Positions 1-10,429 are shown, counted from the stretch's first letter. The stretch: DNA of 64,000 nt from Microcoleus sp. (GCA_052279835.1 CP181291.1:3968001-4032000); one strand, 5' to 3'. Numbers and translations are program-made. Notes: a model not told the origin generated them from the sequence alone.

Positions 1-97
1 GAAACCGGGTTTTTTGCGTAAGCCCTAGCCATAACAGTCAACACTCAAAAAACCAAAAAGAAGGCTTTCAACGCCCCCAGAGCCTCAAAATACCAAA

Positions 98-502
98 TCA
101 GAGATACAGCCTATTTTTCCAGGTCCCATCAGGCAGGAAGATGCCTCTGAGAGAACGAAGGCGATCGGGTAACATCAAGTAAGCCCAAGCAGTACCTAAA
201 GATTGGCAATTGAGATCGAATATTTCGATTTCCTGTCGCTGATATTCGTTTTGTGCGGGTGGGCGTTCAGGATCGTATTCTTCAAGTTCGTCTAAATCTG
301 GCAAAATAGCGGAGTCGCCGAAACACAGGAGGAAACCGTAGACTCTTCCTTCCCCAGAAATCATGGCCGGATAGCCTGCGGGCAAGGCAAAAAGCTGACC
401 GCGGGCGATCGCCGGACAAGCATACACAACCTTTCCTTCGCAATAGCGGAGGTAGTTGCATTCACCGGGTTTGAGAGTACCGTAGACAAAGACTTTCATC
501 AC
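98..502 (-). CDS. gamma-glutamylcyclotransferase (AIG2-like) family protein
   Basis: N-terminal VFVYGTLK motif, GYPA and LDELE motifs; 134 aa. Confidence 0.85.
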   Translation of the reverse strand: MMKVFVYGTLKPGECNYLRYCEGKVVYACPAIARGQLFALPAGYPAMISGEGRVYGFLLCFGDSAILPDLDELEEYDPERPPAQNEYQRQEIEIFDLNCQSLGTAWAYLMLPDRLRSLRGIFLPDGTWKNRLYL

Positions 503-548
503 GCAGACCCTAACGGCTAGTTTTTGCTAACATATATGGCTAACCTAA

Positions 549-625
549 TAGACTTCTCCCATAATTATTGTCGAACCCGTCAGGTCATCAGACCTGTTCT
601 TAACAGGCTGTTTGGGATCTCTCTA
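549..625. repeat. dispersed short inverted-repeat element (TAGAC(A/T)TCTCC...GGAGA(T/A)GTCTA family), degenerate copy
   Basis: Matching copies at 16239-16311 and 17740-17810. Confidence 0.6.
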
Positions 626-630
626 AATAG

Positions 631-745
631 TTTAAGCCTCGCGGGCGACTGCGAGTGTTGTTACCAACAATAGGATTTGGGACTATGCACTTTCGGGGAA
701 AAAGCCGTCCTGCTATCAGGACGGGGTTTTAAACCCAATTTTCTG
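631..745 (-). mobile_element. IS200/IS605-derived MITE (ends only)
   Basis: Minus strand TTTAT|cagaaaattgggtttaaaaccccgtcc..ggacggctttt closely resembles the left end of the tnpB element at 56450. Second hairpin ctcgc..gcgag at 638-655. Lower boundary approximate. Confidence 0.55.
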
Positions 746-778
746 ATAAATTTCGTTGTTTACCCTTTCTTATAATTC

Positions 779-1378
779 ATGACTCTAGCAGTTAGTATTA
801 TTACCCCGGCACTTCACCCTTTGCACTTAAGTTCTTTCTTGCCATCGCTGCCCCTAGACAGCTTGTTTTCGACTCAAGGCATTATGGTGATGCTGCTAGC
901 AGCCTATGCAGGGGCGATGTGGATGTTTCTCACCAGTGCACCCAAGGTACACACCGTGATGGTATCAGATCTGGGGCAAGCTCGACAATTTTACGAGGGA
1001 ATGTTAGATCTGCCAGTAGCAGAGGTGCCGCTGCACTACTACTACAATTACGAGCAAACCTTGGGCACAACGGGTATCGATCCACTATATTTGTCGCCCA
1101 ATGTCGGCAGGGGGACTAACAGTCAAACCATGGCGACTTCCGAGGGTTTGTGGTATCAGTTAATGAAAAATACCCAATTGCACGTAATTAGCGGTGCTCT
1201 GGCGGGGGAAAAAAATCGCCAGCGTCACGTTTGTTTCGATCGCGAATGTTTGGATCAGCTATTAATGAGAGTCCAAACTCGTGGCATTAAATATAAAATT
1301 CGCCGGGAAAAACCACTAAACTTTTTGGTAAAAGATTATGATGGCCGCGTCATTGAAATGTCTGAGGTAAGTAATTAG
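779..1378 (+). CDS. VOC/glyoxalase-like domain protein with N-terminal membrane segment
   Basis: HTVMVSDL..ARQFYEGML, HVCF and D.DGRVIE motifs. Confidence 0.75.
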   Translation: MTLAVSIITPALHPLHLSSFLPSLPLDSLFSTQGIMVMLLAAYAGAMWMFLTSAPKVHTVMVSDLGQARQFYEGMLDLPVAEVPLHYYYNYEQTLGTTGIDPLYLSPNVGRGTNSQTMATSEGLWYQLMKNTQLHVISGALAGEKNRQRHVCFDRECLDQLLMRVQTRGIKYKIRREKPLNFLVKDYDGRVIEMSEVSN

Positions 1379-1412
1379 TTTGATTGAGTGCATCTCTATT
1401 TTGCAAGTATAT

Positions 1413-1790
1413 TCCTAGGGTCAAAGCATGACCGCTATAAAGGGAGCATCCCATTTTTGCAAATATATCCGTAGGGGCGAAGCATGACCGCTGTAAATCT
1501 CTGCTTTTAACTCATAAATTATCTGCGGTCATGCTTCGCCCTGCAAAATTGGGATGCTCTCGCTGTAAATCTCTGGCGCGAGATAATAATATCAATTCCG
1601 TTAACATCGTCCTGTATTCATTTCTCTCCGATCTCTCTGTGTTCTCTGTGTTCTCTGTGGTTAAATCATTCCGATGCAACGGTCAACGATATAAATTGTC
1701 TGCCGTCAGGCTTCGCCTATACAAAATCGGGATGCTCCCGTTTGATTCAGTTGGAGAAACCCGGTTTTACTAAAAATCCGGGTTTTTTAT
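1413..1790. repeat. cluster of nested REP-like/inverted repeats
   Basis: GTAGGGGCGAAGCATGACCGC...GCGGTCATGCTTCGCCC (1471-1541) lies inside gggagcatccc...gggatgctc. Also a ctctgtgtt-periodic arm at 1634-1663 and an aaacccggttt hairpin at 1756-1787. Related copy at 35897-36000. Confidence 0.7.
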
Positions 1791-1793
1791 TGG

Positions 1794-3071
1794 TCAATTA
1801 ATCTTTGTACCCACAGTAGATTTTTCCGGTGTCATCGCTTCTTTGCCCTCGGAAATTACCGGGTGGCTGAAAATTTGGAAATACAAAGAAACCAAAAACT
1901 CTTTAACCGGAAAGAGTATCAATGTCAAAGGATTAATTGTCACGATGATATTGCGGGCATCGGCTTTAGCTTGTTTGACAATTTGCTGCGCTACCCAATC
2001 TGGTGACATAATGCCGATCGGATTTAACTTACTTTTAAACGGCCCTAAAATTAGTTTACGAACAATACAAGGTGCATCCAGTCGCCGCAGAGTTACCAAG
2101 TCTCCCAAAGCCCGCTTGCTGAGCTCGTAGAGGGGACTGACAGCCGGAATGACTTCGGCTTCCGAGGTGTTGACCCAAACTTCTTTGTTAGCTATATTTT
2201 CGTTAGTGCGCACCGTTAGCAGAAAAAGTTCCATCAGCCGCCACGCGGAAAAAGTGTTGATTTCGTAGGAATTGGCGATCGCCTCTGGGCTTCTCGAACC
2301 CTGCACATTAATGCCGTGATTAATCACCAGAATATCGACTTTTTCTAACAATTCTGCTAAGTCTGCCTCTTGACCTATTTGCCAATTTATGGTTTTCACA
2401 GGCAAATCTTTGCCATCAATATTCACAGTAATTGTTTGATTTCCTGATGTGAGGGCGATAACTTTTGCACCAGCTTGGTGGAGATATTTTAACAGCAAAT
2501 TTCCTAAAGTTCCCGATGCCCCCGTGACGGCTACAGTTTTGCCTTTAAGAGAAAGTGCAGTGCCCATAAGTTTATCGATTAACGTGAAAGTACCACAATA
2601 GTAAGCATTTTGATTATCGAAATGATGCCGCCAATGGTAAGGTTTATTCACCAACCAATTTCCCGGTGGAGTCAGGAAGTCTCCGGGTTGATGGGTGATG
2701 TCGGTTAATTCATCAGCACCCTTGATGCCGCAACCACGGGCGATCGCACTCAACAAAAAGCCTAAAGTATAAACACAACCCGCTGCTGCGCCCCAGTGAT
2801 ATTCCGGCATCCAGAAATAAGCCGCCACCCACAGCAACAAGCCCAAAACCATCATAGACGCAGCTTCGGGCACATCGTGACGCCAGTGGGCTTGCTTGTA
2901 GATTGTCTCGCTGACGGGAGTCAAATTCGGGCGAAAAACGCGGTGGTGCCAAGCGTGTAGCTTGTACAGTGGCGGCCAATAGTGGGAAGCGACATGATAA
3001 AAGTCTCGGATGATTTCTGCCCAACAGACAGAAGCTATTGCCAAAGCGCCGACTATCCAGTAATTGATCAT
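1794..3071 (-). CDS. bifunctional sterol desaturase-like / short-chain dehydrogenase
   Basis: His boxes HAWHH and HWRHH in the N-terminal half; Rossmann TGASGTLG and YELSK catalytic motif in the C-terminal half. Confidence 0.85.
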   Translation of the reverse strand: MINYWIVGALAIASVCWAEIIRDFYHVASHYWPPLYKLHAWHHRVFRPNLTPVSETIYKQAHWRHDVPEAASMMVLGLLLWVAAYFWMPEYHWGAAAGCVYTLGFLLSAIARGCGIKGADELTDITHQPGDFLTPPGNWLVNKPYHWRHHFDNQNAYYCGTFTLIDKLMGTALSLKGKTVAVTGASGTLGNLLLKYLHQAGAKVIALTSGNQTITVNIDGKDLPVKTINWQIGQEADLAELLEKVDILVINHGINVQGSRSPEAIANSYEINTFSAWRLMELFLLTVRTNENIANKEVWVNTSEAEVIPAVSPLYELSKRALGDLVTLRRLDAPCIVRKLILGPFKSKLNPIGIMSPDWVAQQIVKQAKADARNIIVTINPLTLILFPVKEFLVSLYFQIFSHPVISEGKEAMTPEKSTVGTKIN

Positions 3072-3263
3072 ACTCGCACCAGTTGGAAATTGGAGATATT
3101 AGATATTGTCTGTTTTGAAAGATAACTCAAAATGGTTTTTTTAGCTAGTCTGGAAGTTTACTCAGGTGTTTTAAAATCTGCAAAACGCGGATGAAATACA
3201 GAACAAGTTAATTTTGTTGAGATGTCGGTTGATTAGGATTTACGATGGGAAATTTTTTGTAAA

Positions 3264-4205
3264 TCATTCTATTTTGGGACCGATATACCCAATGATTATC
3301 TTTCCCGGCCCTAATTCCGTGCAGAAATGGAGTCGCCAAGCTCCCGGTGTCATACGGATGTGCAAACTGAAAATACGCTTTTTTCCGTCAAGACATTTAA
3401 TATTTAGTTGCTCTCTAAACTGCTTAAGCCTTGACTCGCTCTCTGGAGATACCTTGCTAGGAAGCTTCTCCAAATCCACCGCTCCGTCTGTCCAATTTTT
3501 GGATAAGGCATCAAGCTCCAATAACTTTCTGACAACTTGTCGTAACATTTTTGGATCGATAAGGCTTTGTATTTGGTCGCTAGTGCGATCGCAAAATTCC
3601 AGGCTGGAGAATAACTCAGATCGACGGTTCCAAAGCTCCAAACCATCAGCAACTCCTGTTTGCTGACGCTTTTTAATCCAATCAGCGTGTTGGATAACGT
3701 GGTTTTTCTGACTAGCATGAAGAACCTCTACACTTTCTTCTATCAGCTCCTCATTGTCGTGTATTTGTATTAGTTCTAAATTGAGGCGACTGCGATTCCA
3801 CAGCGATTCTGAATTTAGACTAATTGCCAATGTTTCAAGGTAATAAGCAACTTTGAAGCCTTCTGCTTGGCTACCCTCTAAACTAAACTCACAATCGGGA
3901 TTTTCAACTTTTATTTTAATTTCTAGATTGGGAATATCAACGGATAAAGGAGCTTTAGTTGCGAGAGTTCTCAGAAAAGTCCGCTCTTCTCTATTAACTT
4001 CATTATCATTACGCCAACGAGAAAGAGGATAGTTTTCTGCAAGTACCATAGTATGAAAATCTGCTTGAGTGCGGATACCTTTCAATCCACAGCCTTTAGC
4101 TGCAACCATCGTCCTAATCAATTCTGACATCCATTGTCGTGCTATAGAAATATCAGGAGCAAGAGTTCGCGCGGATAGTTCATTAAACACCATCTCCAAA
4201 TCCAT
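3264..4205 (-). CDS. putative defence effector (Menshen NsnC-like; C-terminal RelE-like region)
   Basis: Third gene of the DUF262-ATPase operon, 3-bp gap to the ATPase; C-terminal FSLHIRMTPGAWRLHF..IIIGYIG. Confidence 0.55.
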   Translation of the reverse strand: MDLEMVFNELSARTLAPDISIARQWMSELIRTMVAAKGCGLKGIRTQADFHTMVLAENYPLSRWRNDNEVNREERTFLRTLATKAPLSVDIPNLEIKIKVENPDCEFSLEGSQAEGFKVAYYLETLAISLNSESLWNRSRLNLELIQIHDNEELIEESVEVLHASQKNHVIQHADWIKKRQQTGVADGLELWNRRSELFSSLEFCDRTSDQIQSLIDPKMLRQVVRKLLELDALSKNWTDGAVDLEKLPSKVSPESESRLKQFREQLNIKCLDGKKRIFSLHIRMTPGAWRLHFCTELGPGKIIIGYIGPKIE

Positions 4206-4208
4206 CCC

Positions 4209-5360
4209 TTATTCTCCTTTTACCGCAGGTTCTAACAAAATTTCCAAGCTGTTGTCCCACTCATCAAAAAAACCATCCGGCCACCGATCTATTCGTCCGT
4301 TGCGATCGATTTTTGGCGATATTACCTCAGTCACAGCTTGTCCTTCTTTATTTTGACGCTGGAAGTAATGCAACTGAACATCTTTCGGGTCAAGTTTGCC
4401 CCCGTGAACCGCAAGGCGAATCCCATTTAAAACATGATCGCTGTGAGTTTCTATCACCACTTGAACGCCACCGCTAGCGGCCCAAGCTAATAATTGACCC
4501 ATTTTAACTTGTCCTTTGGGATGAAGATGTGCTTCAGGATTTTCAATTAAAATGATTGTACCCGGTGTTGATGCAAGTGCCGCTACAATAATCGGTAAAG
4601 TGTAGCTAATTCCAAATCCCACATTTGTTGCACGGTAAGGATTGCTATCTCCATAGGAATATTGAAAACTCATCAAATCGACATCGGATTTGGCATCAAT
4701 TTTAAGGCGCGTACCAGGACTAATTTCTCCCATCCACGCCTCAACTTGGTCGATTAAATCCATTGATTTATTAGGAGTCTGTGTCAAGTTTTGCCTTTTT
4801 AACTTTACATCGGGATGGCTGAGATTACTATTAGGGATAGCCGCACGCCCATTAATAGCAAGAAAATGTGCAGCATACTCGCCTTTTATCCCCAGTTGAC
4901 CGAGCTGTCGTACTTGGTAATCAGACATTTCATTAAATGGGCGTGGCCCAAGCCTTTCTGCCTGAAGATAGTGAAAATTATTGCCAAAAATATTCGATTT
5001 ATAGACTTGCGAACTAACTGGTTCCGAGTCAATCTTTAACACATCTACTTCTCTGTCATATTTGAAACTCCAGGTTGCTTTTTTATTATTTTCCCAAACA
5101 ATGCCAAAACCAATTAAGTCCTCTTTTGCTCCCTCAAAAAGTGCGTCTCTAGCAGTACCGATATTCACAAAATAGCCATTAAGCGCCAACCCTTTTTCTG
5201 GCAATAAACCCTGTTGGTAAGATTGTCTTAGCAGTAGGAGCGATTGCATAACAGAAGATTTACCCGTGCTGTTCAAACCTGAAAATAAAGTAAGGTTTTT
5301 AAATTCCAATAACTGATTTGCAAAAGGTTTGAAGTTGAGCAAGTGCACGGAAGTAATCAT
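4209..5360 (-). CDS. AAA/ABC-type ATPase with C-terminal DUF3696 (Menshen NsnB-like)
   Basis: Walker A GLNSTGKS, Walker B ILIENPEAHLHP, ETHS, C-terminal WPDGFFDEW; ATGA overlap with upstream gene. Confidence 0.85.
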   Translation of the reverse strand: MITSVHLLNFKPFANQLLEFKNLTLFSGLNSTGKSSVMQSLLLLRQSYQQGLLPEKGLALNGYFVNIGTARDALFEGAKEDLIGFGIVWENNKKATWSFKYDREVDVLKIDSEPVSSQVYKSNIFGNNFHYLQAERLGPRPFNEMSDYQVRQLGQLGIKGEYAAHFLAINGRAAIPNSNLSHPDVKLKRQNLTQTPNKSMDLIDQVEAWMGEISPGTRLKIDAKSDVDLMSFQYSYGDSNPYRATNVGFGISYTLPIIVAALASTPGTIILIENPEAHLHPKGQVKMGQLLAWAASGGVQVVIETHSDHVLNGIRLAVHGGKLDPKDVQLHYFQRQNKEGQAVTEVISPKIDRNGRIDRWPDGFFDEWDNSLEILLEPAVKGE

Positions 5361-6511
5361 ATCAAAACCTCCTGAATTATTTGTTCAATTATCATAAATC
5401 TATACTCAATCTTTTCCGCTGCCTGAGAGATAGAAGTCAAAAAATCTCGATCGCTGTCTACATAATTTCTAAATTTTTCAATCAACTGCTCCTTTTTTTG
5501 CTTCAATACATCAAGTTGTTCGCCGCTAAGCAAACTGAGATTAACAGACCAAACTTCAAACAATGCTTTATTAATCGGAAACATTTTTGTTTGGTGCTGG
5601 GAGATTTTACGAAAGGCATTTTTCCCAAAGATGTTCCATGCAGCCACCATAGCTTTTTTGAAATTATATTCAATTACTTTTAATTCTGGTTCAGACATAT
5701 TGTTAATTTTTGATAATGCTTTACTTAAAAATAAATTTCTTTTTTCAGATTGATAGTTTTTATAAGATGTAAGTGTAAATGCTAAAAACCCGAGTATAAA
5801 TTCCCGATCGTCCATCCGCATTTTACGCAAATTACTTAGCTTAGTAACTTGCTGAAATTCTTGTAAAAGAGCAAGTTTAGCTAAGAATTTTGTTGCCTTA
5901 CCGGGGTTGAGAGCATGGCGCAGTTCTTGAGGAGACATCGGCAGTCCACCTGTATTAATCCGTTTGAAAATATTATATTTAACTTCTGGAGGCGTACCTT
6001 TTTCAATCAAATAAACTGTCACCTGAGTCTCCTCTATTCGACGCTGGTATCTGCGTCCGATTTCATCATAATTTTTGCCTTCTAAATTGAGCAAGTATTC
6101 TAGTCCGCATAACTTCAGTTTTTTATCGCTCATAAATTGCTTGAGAGCAGATAGCCGCTGCAATCCATCCACAACTAACCATTTATCTTCATCAGTTGCA
6201 TCTATATAAAAAGCTGGTAATGGAATCCGAATCAGGATCGACTCAATCAGTCTGCTTTTAGCGTCATCTTTCCAAATGTTTGCATGACGCTGAAAATCTG
6301 GTGCTAAGTCAAGAGCTTCCTCATTGATTCTTCTTAGCAGTTGCTCGATGGTTGGTTCTCTGGTGAAAATATTAATTTCATCAGGATCGTATATCAATTT
6401 GTCTGTTTCATAAAGTTCATCACCGTTATCTTCTTCTTGATTCAAATTTAAGTCATCAATCATTGAATCTTGGTTGGATACTTGCTGTTCTAGTTTTGGC
6501 AGACCTACCAT
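5357..6511 (-). CDS. DUF262 (ParB/GmrS-like) domain protein (Menshen NsnA-like)
   Basis: PDFQR..W, LIESIL..IPLP.FY, VVDGLQRL, FKRINTGG motifs. Confidence 0.85.
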   Translation of the reverse strand: MVGLPKLEQQVSNQDSMIDDLNLNQEEDNGDELYETDKLIYDPDEINIFTREPTIEQLLRRINEEALDLAPDFQRHANIWKDDAKSRLIESILIRIPLPAFYIDATDEDKWLVVDGLQRLSALKQFMSDKKLKLCGLEYLLNLEGKNYDEIGRRYQRRIEETQVTVYLIEKGTPPEVKYNIFKRINTGGLPMSPQELRHALNPGKATKFLAKLALLQEFQQVTKLSNLRKMRMDDREFILGFLAFTLTSYKNYQSEKRNLFLSKALSKINNMSEPELKVIEYNFKKAMVAAWNIFGKNAFRKISQHQTKMFPINKALFEVWSVNLSLLSGEQLDVLKQKKEQLIEKFRNYVDSDRDFLTSISQAAEKIEYRFMIIEQIIQEVLI

Positions 6512-6812
6512 AGGAAATACTCCTCTGTGTTAACCTTGATGTGAGTATTTTAGCAAATAAGAGTGTTCTCAAATATTATCTCACAAATTTCGTGGCTTAC
6601 AGCTTTGTCTAAAATTAGCTTCCCGATGCAGCAGGAATTATTCGCAGCCGAGTTTTTCCGGGGTTGTGGTTGGCGGTTGCAGCACTCTTAGAGGGGGATA
6701 TGCCAAGGACGATCGCAACTCTTCAAGCCGGATTAAACAGTGACGCACATCAAGAGTTTGTCCAACAGTTAGCCAGCTTTCCAAATCCCGCTTAAATATC
6801 CCCTCAATCTGT

Positions 6813-6861
6813 TAGTCTGCGGAGGCAGACTTCGTTAGTGTAGTAGCGGTTTCAACCGCCG
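6813..6861. repeat. dispersed repeat (gtc(t/c)gcggaggc(a/g)gacttcgtt..gtgtag..gcg.tttcaa.cgcc family)
   Basis: Reverse complement of the 57-bp units at 22821-22950. Confidence 0.65.
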
Positions 6862-6912
6862 AGAACTATAGACAATGCTACCGAATTTTCTACCGCATTT
6901 GATATCATCCCC

Positions 6913-8586
6913 CTACAACCGACAAGTTTGTCGTGCCCTTTCATCTTCCGGTTCTTGCCATCCAAAAGAGAAATGACTCACTGCATTAATTTGGGGTGTA
7001 GCAGAGCGAATTGCCTGCATTTGAACTTCCAAAGAAGGCCGATTTTTCAGGGATTTTCCCCAATCACCGGCTATCGCCGGAATAATTTTTGCTCCCGGAG
7101 GTGCTAAACTCACAGTTCGCTGCACCTGGGGTACAATACAGCTTACATCCCCACAATTGCCATAGGACATCGCGTGAAATTCCACAGAAGCCGCAAACCT
7201 GTCCCAAGGCTGCAATCTCGAATCAAATCCTCCTAGATTTATAGTTTGATTCCCATTGGGAAAAAATACTGCTCCTACAGGTATTCCCATCCTTTGGGCG
7301 GGTTGAATTGCCATCCCCAAAAATTCTAAAACTCCTTGGACTGCGTGAGCAACACTCAGTTTCCAGAGGTCTTTTTGCAGAGTACCAGTGTCAGGCAGTT
7401 TTGGTGTTGGGGTGGGTTTTGGGGTGGGTTTTGGTGTGGGATTCGGAACGTTTGGTTTACCATTATCGGGAACTTTTGCAGCAGTCAGTCCCCTTGAGTT
7501 CGCTTTTTTAGGAGGGGGAGTTGGTGTGGGAGTTGGTGTTGCTATCGGTTGCGGAATTCGCCCCTGCCAAAGAGGTTCTTTTTCGGTTGGATATTGTTTG
7601 ACTACTGCTTGAACATCGCTAACATTAATAAATCCTTTTGTCAAGTATCGCTGGATTAAATCTCGCCCTTGTTGATTGTTAGCACGCTGCAACAAAACTT
7701 GCTGGGATGCTGGGCCATAAATCCACAAATCTTTGACTTTAGTGACAACGGAAGCAGGGCCAACGCCTCGTAAATAACGAATGTAGTCAAATAACATTCC
7801 TTGGGGGCGACGTTTGAGCACTTGATTTACTAACAAGGAATAGTCTTGCCGCGCTTGGGGGCTGTAGGGATCGACAAAGGCTTGATTTCCCGGAACTTCT
7901 CCGAAGTCATCGTTAATTCCTCCGTCTTGAACTACGGTTAAAGTTGTCTGATTTTGACCGTTTTTTGCCAGTGCTTGCTGTCTGTCTTCACGCTGAGCGT
8001 AGGTATAGCCAAAGTTCATGGTAAATAGCCAAGCATATACTTTTAAACCTCGCTGTTTTCCCTTGGCGATCGCATTTTCTAATAAATCGTATTTCTCGTA
8101 GCCACGATTTCTCAAAACAGAAGGCCAAGTCGTAGGATTATCCGCGACGGGAAGTAGCACTTGACCATCGTAAAATACTTCGATATAGACTTGATTGTAG
8201 CCTTTATTCACAACTTTATCTAATACGCGATCGAGTTCTCCCGCCCGGACATCGCAGGGATACAAGCGTAGCCAAACCGCTTGAGTTTGGGGCCAATTTT
8301 TTTGGCGACATTCGGCTATTTCCCGCGCGTGTTTGTTCAATACACTAAAATATGCCTGCTGAGATTCTGGTTTTCCTGAGAGGGCCGCCCGACGCAAATC
8401 TTCTTTTTCATTTACTTGTTCTTTTGAAAATTGGCAATAGGCTGAGGATTGGGCAACTGCTGGTTTATTTTCAATGATTTCTCCCAGGATTGGGCAGATG
8501 AAGCTACAGGTGAAAACGGCAGTTACTGCACTTAAAAAGCGTCGCTGGCGTTGCTTAATGGCGATGGAATTTTGTGCAATTTTCAT
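6913..8586 (-). CDS. GHL10 (family 10-like glycosyl hydrolase), secreted, with Pro/Thr-rich insert
   Basis: GYNQVYIEVFYDG, GLKVYAWLF, VDPYSP and LFDYIRY motifs; N-terminal signal-like region. Confidence 0.75.
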   Translation of the reverse strand: MKIAQNSIAIKQRQRRFLSAVTAVFTCSFICPILGEIIENKPAVAQSSAYCQFSKEQVNEKEDLRRAALSGKPESQQAYFSVLNKHAREIAECRQKNWPQTQAVWLRLYPCDVRAGELDRVLDKVVNKGYNQVYIEVFYDGQVLLPVADNPTTWPSVLRNRGYEKYDLLENAIAKGKQRGLKVYAWLFTMNFGYTYAQREDRQQALAKNGQNQTTLTVVQDGGINDDFGEVPGNQAFVDPYSPQARQDYSLLVNQVLKRRPQGMLFDYIRYLRGVGPASVVTKVKDLWIYGPASQQVLLQRANNQQGRDLIQRYLTKGFINVSDVQAVVKQYPTEKEPLWQGRIPQPIATPTPTPTPPPKKANSRGLTAAKVPDNGKPNVPNPTPKPTPKPTPTPKLPDTGTLQKDLWKLSVAHAVQGVLEFLGMAIQPAQRMGIPVGAVFFPNGNQTINLGGFDSRLQPWDRFAASVEFHAMSYGNCGDVSCIVPQVQRTVSLAPPGAKIIPAIAGDWGKSLKNRPSLEVQMQAIRSATPQINAVSHFSFGWQEPEDERARQTCRL

Positions 8587-8690
8587 GGGAACATTAAATG
8601 GGGTTTAAGCGTCAATTTTTGGGTGCGACCGCCTAAGTGCGATCGCGTTGATGCACCACTACAAAATTACGTGGAAATGCGTCAGTCCTG

Positions 8691-9506
8691 TTAAATACTT
8701 ATTTCATCGATTATAGCAATATTTGGCAGCCAATCCGTCGGAGGTTCTACAACAAAATTGGCTGAGGAAGCTTTGGTGTCTTGTGTCCGGTTGCAACGAG
8801 GGGCGAATTGACAGGAACTACAGACATGGGAATTGATGTGTACTTGGGGTAAAAATTCACCGGATCGGGCATATTCCTCTCGCCACTGGCTAAGCTGGTG
8901 CAAAAGGTTGGTTAAATCTTGTTTTGTGCGATCGTGTTCTATTTGATTGTAAGTAAATGTGAGGCTTTGTGGCGGTTCTTCTCCTTGCAATTGCACAAAC
9001 CAATATGTCATCGAGACTTGTTCCGGGGCATAATCGCTGGTTTCTACTAATACATATAAATAGAGGCGAGTTTGCCAAGTTTGGGAAATCCAGTGGAATT
9101 CTTGAGGACGGGGATAGGTTTTCCAGTCGAGAATTTGAGCTTGGTTGGGTTCTGCTATTAGCAAATCGTAGATGACGGTAAATAGGTAATCTTGAAAAAT
9201 TAAGGTACGGGGATGTTCGGCTTGGCGGAAGGTTTTTTCATCCTTTTGATACTGGGTGAAAAGTTCGGGGGCGCTATGGATAAATGCTGTAATACAGCGT
9301 TCCATTTCAGTTTCTTTTTCGGTGATAAATGCCAGGGGCAATCCTAGTTCGCGCTGCTGCATCAAGAGGTGAAATCGGCTACCCCATGCGAGTTTTTCTT
9401 GGTGTTCTGGGGATGTGTGGGTGGCGAGGAGTTCTAGGTAGCTGTGTTGGAATTTGCGCGGGCATTCTTGGAGTATTTTCAGTTGGCTTTGGGAGAGTCG
9501 GAACAT
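8691..9506 (-). CDS. PD-(D/E)XK nuclease family protein (Cas4/AddB-like Cys pattern)
   Basis: LSQS..CPR, YDLL, ILDWKT, QTRLY motifs; C-terminal CSSCQFAPRC. Confidence 0.8.
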   Translation of the reverse strand: MFRLSQSQLKILQECPRKFQHSYLELLATHTSPEHQEKLAWGSRFHLLMQQRELGLPLAFITEKETEMERCITAFIHSAPELFTQYQKDEKTFRQAEHPRTLIFQDYLFTVIYDLLIAEPNQAQILDWKTYPRPQEFHWISQTWQTRLYLYVLVETSDYAPEQVSMTYWFVQLQGEEPPQSLTFTYNQIEHDRTKQDLTNLLHQLSQWREEYARSGEFLPQVHINSHVCSSCQFAPRCNRTQDTKASSANFVVEPPTDWLPNIAIIDEISI

Positions 9507-9695
9507 TTTTTAGTGTGCTTTTATTTTTTTTGAAATAGTTTATTATACCAATTATAAAAAAAATTCAACATTTTTTGCCCCCCTGGGTCTAGGACTGAAT
9601 TATCAATACTATTATCAGAGATTGTGAGCGCCATAAAGTCTCGCTTGAGAAAAGGATTATTTTCCGCGTGCGATGGCACTTTTCCCCACCCCCAT

Positions 9696-10364
9696 TTACA
9701 AATTCCCAATTTGTTGAGCAAACCACATCGCCGCCGTCCCATTTCCCTGAGTCAAAAGTTTCAAAGTCTCCGATAGCAACGCAATTGGTAAACCCTCAAG
9801 CGCACCAGAAATTTCACACTCCTGATAGTTGCCATTCTCGTTCAATCGAAATGCCAAAACTCTCTCGCCTTGAATATCTACCACCCAATACTCAGGAATT
9901 CCCAAAGCAGCATACAAGCGCTTCTTTTGATCCAAATCGCTCGTCAAAGTAGTATCAGAAGTTTCTATCACTAAATCCGGGATTCGCGATTGATTCAGAT
10001 TGACTCGGCGCGGTTCACCTTTTTGCCATTGGATGAAATCTCCACCGACGTATAAAATGCGATCGGGCGCACCTCCTCCCACCTTTGGCTTTTCAATTAC
10101 ACATCCACCCAAATCATCAAAAGCTTGTCCTCCTTTGCTGACAAACCAGGCGTAAAACACCAGCGTCAAGAGGTTGTTAAATCTGGCGTGCTGAGGCCCT
10201 TCGTTACCCATGTCTATCCAAAGATATCCTTCATAAAAAAATATTCTGGCTTCTTCCAAAGATGGATCTTCGCAAGCTGCTACATAATCTTCCCATGTCG
10301 CGGCTTGCCATTGGGGGATTTCACCTACTTGAGACACGATGAATTTTGGAGTTGTATAAGTCAT
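9696..10364 (-). CDS. Uma2 family endonuclease
   Basis: APD, PDLVIETS, KKRLYAALGIPEYWVVD motifs. Confidence 0.9.
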   Translation of the reverse strand: MTYTTPKFIVSQVGEIPQWQAATWEDYVAACEDPSLEEARIFFYEGYLWIDMGNEGPQHARFNNLLTLVFYAWFVSKGGQAFDDLGGCVIEKPKVGGGAPDRILYVGGDFIQWQKGEPRRVNLNQSRIPDLVIETSDTTLTSDLDQKKRLYAALGIPEYWVVDIQGERVLAFRLNENGNYQECEISGALEGLPIALLSETLKLLTQGNGTAAMWFAQQIGNL

Positions 10365-10429
10365 GATTCAAAAGTGAATTAAGGATATTTTAATCGTAAC
10401 TGAAGTTGATATTTATCTGCTGGATACCC

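Noticed and set aside
8691..9506. Cas4 indicating a CRISPR locus or casposon
   Set aside because: No cas1 or array nearby; it reads as a stand-alone PD-(D/E)XK protein.
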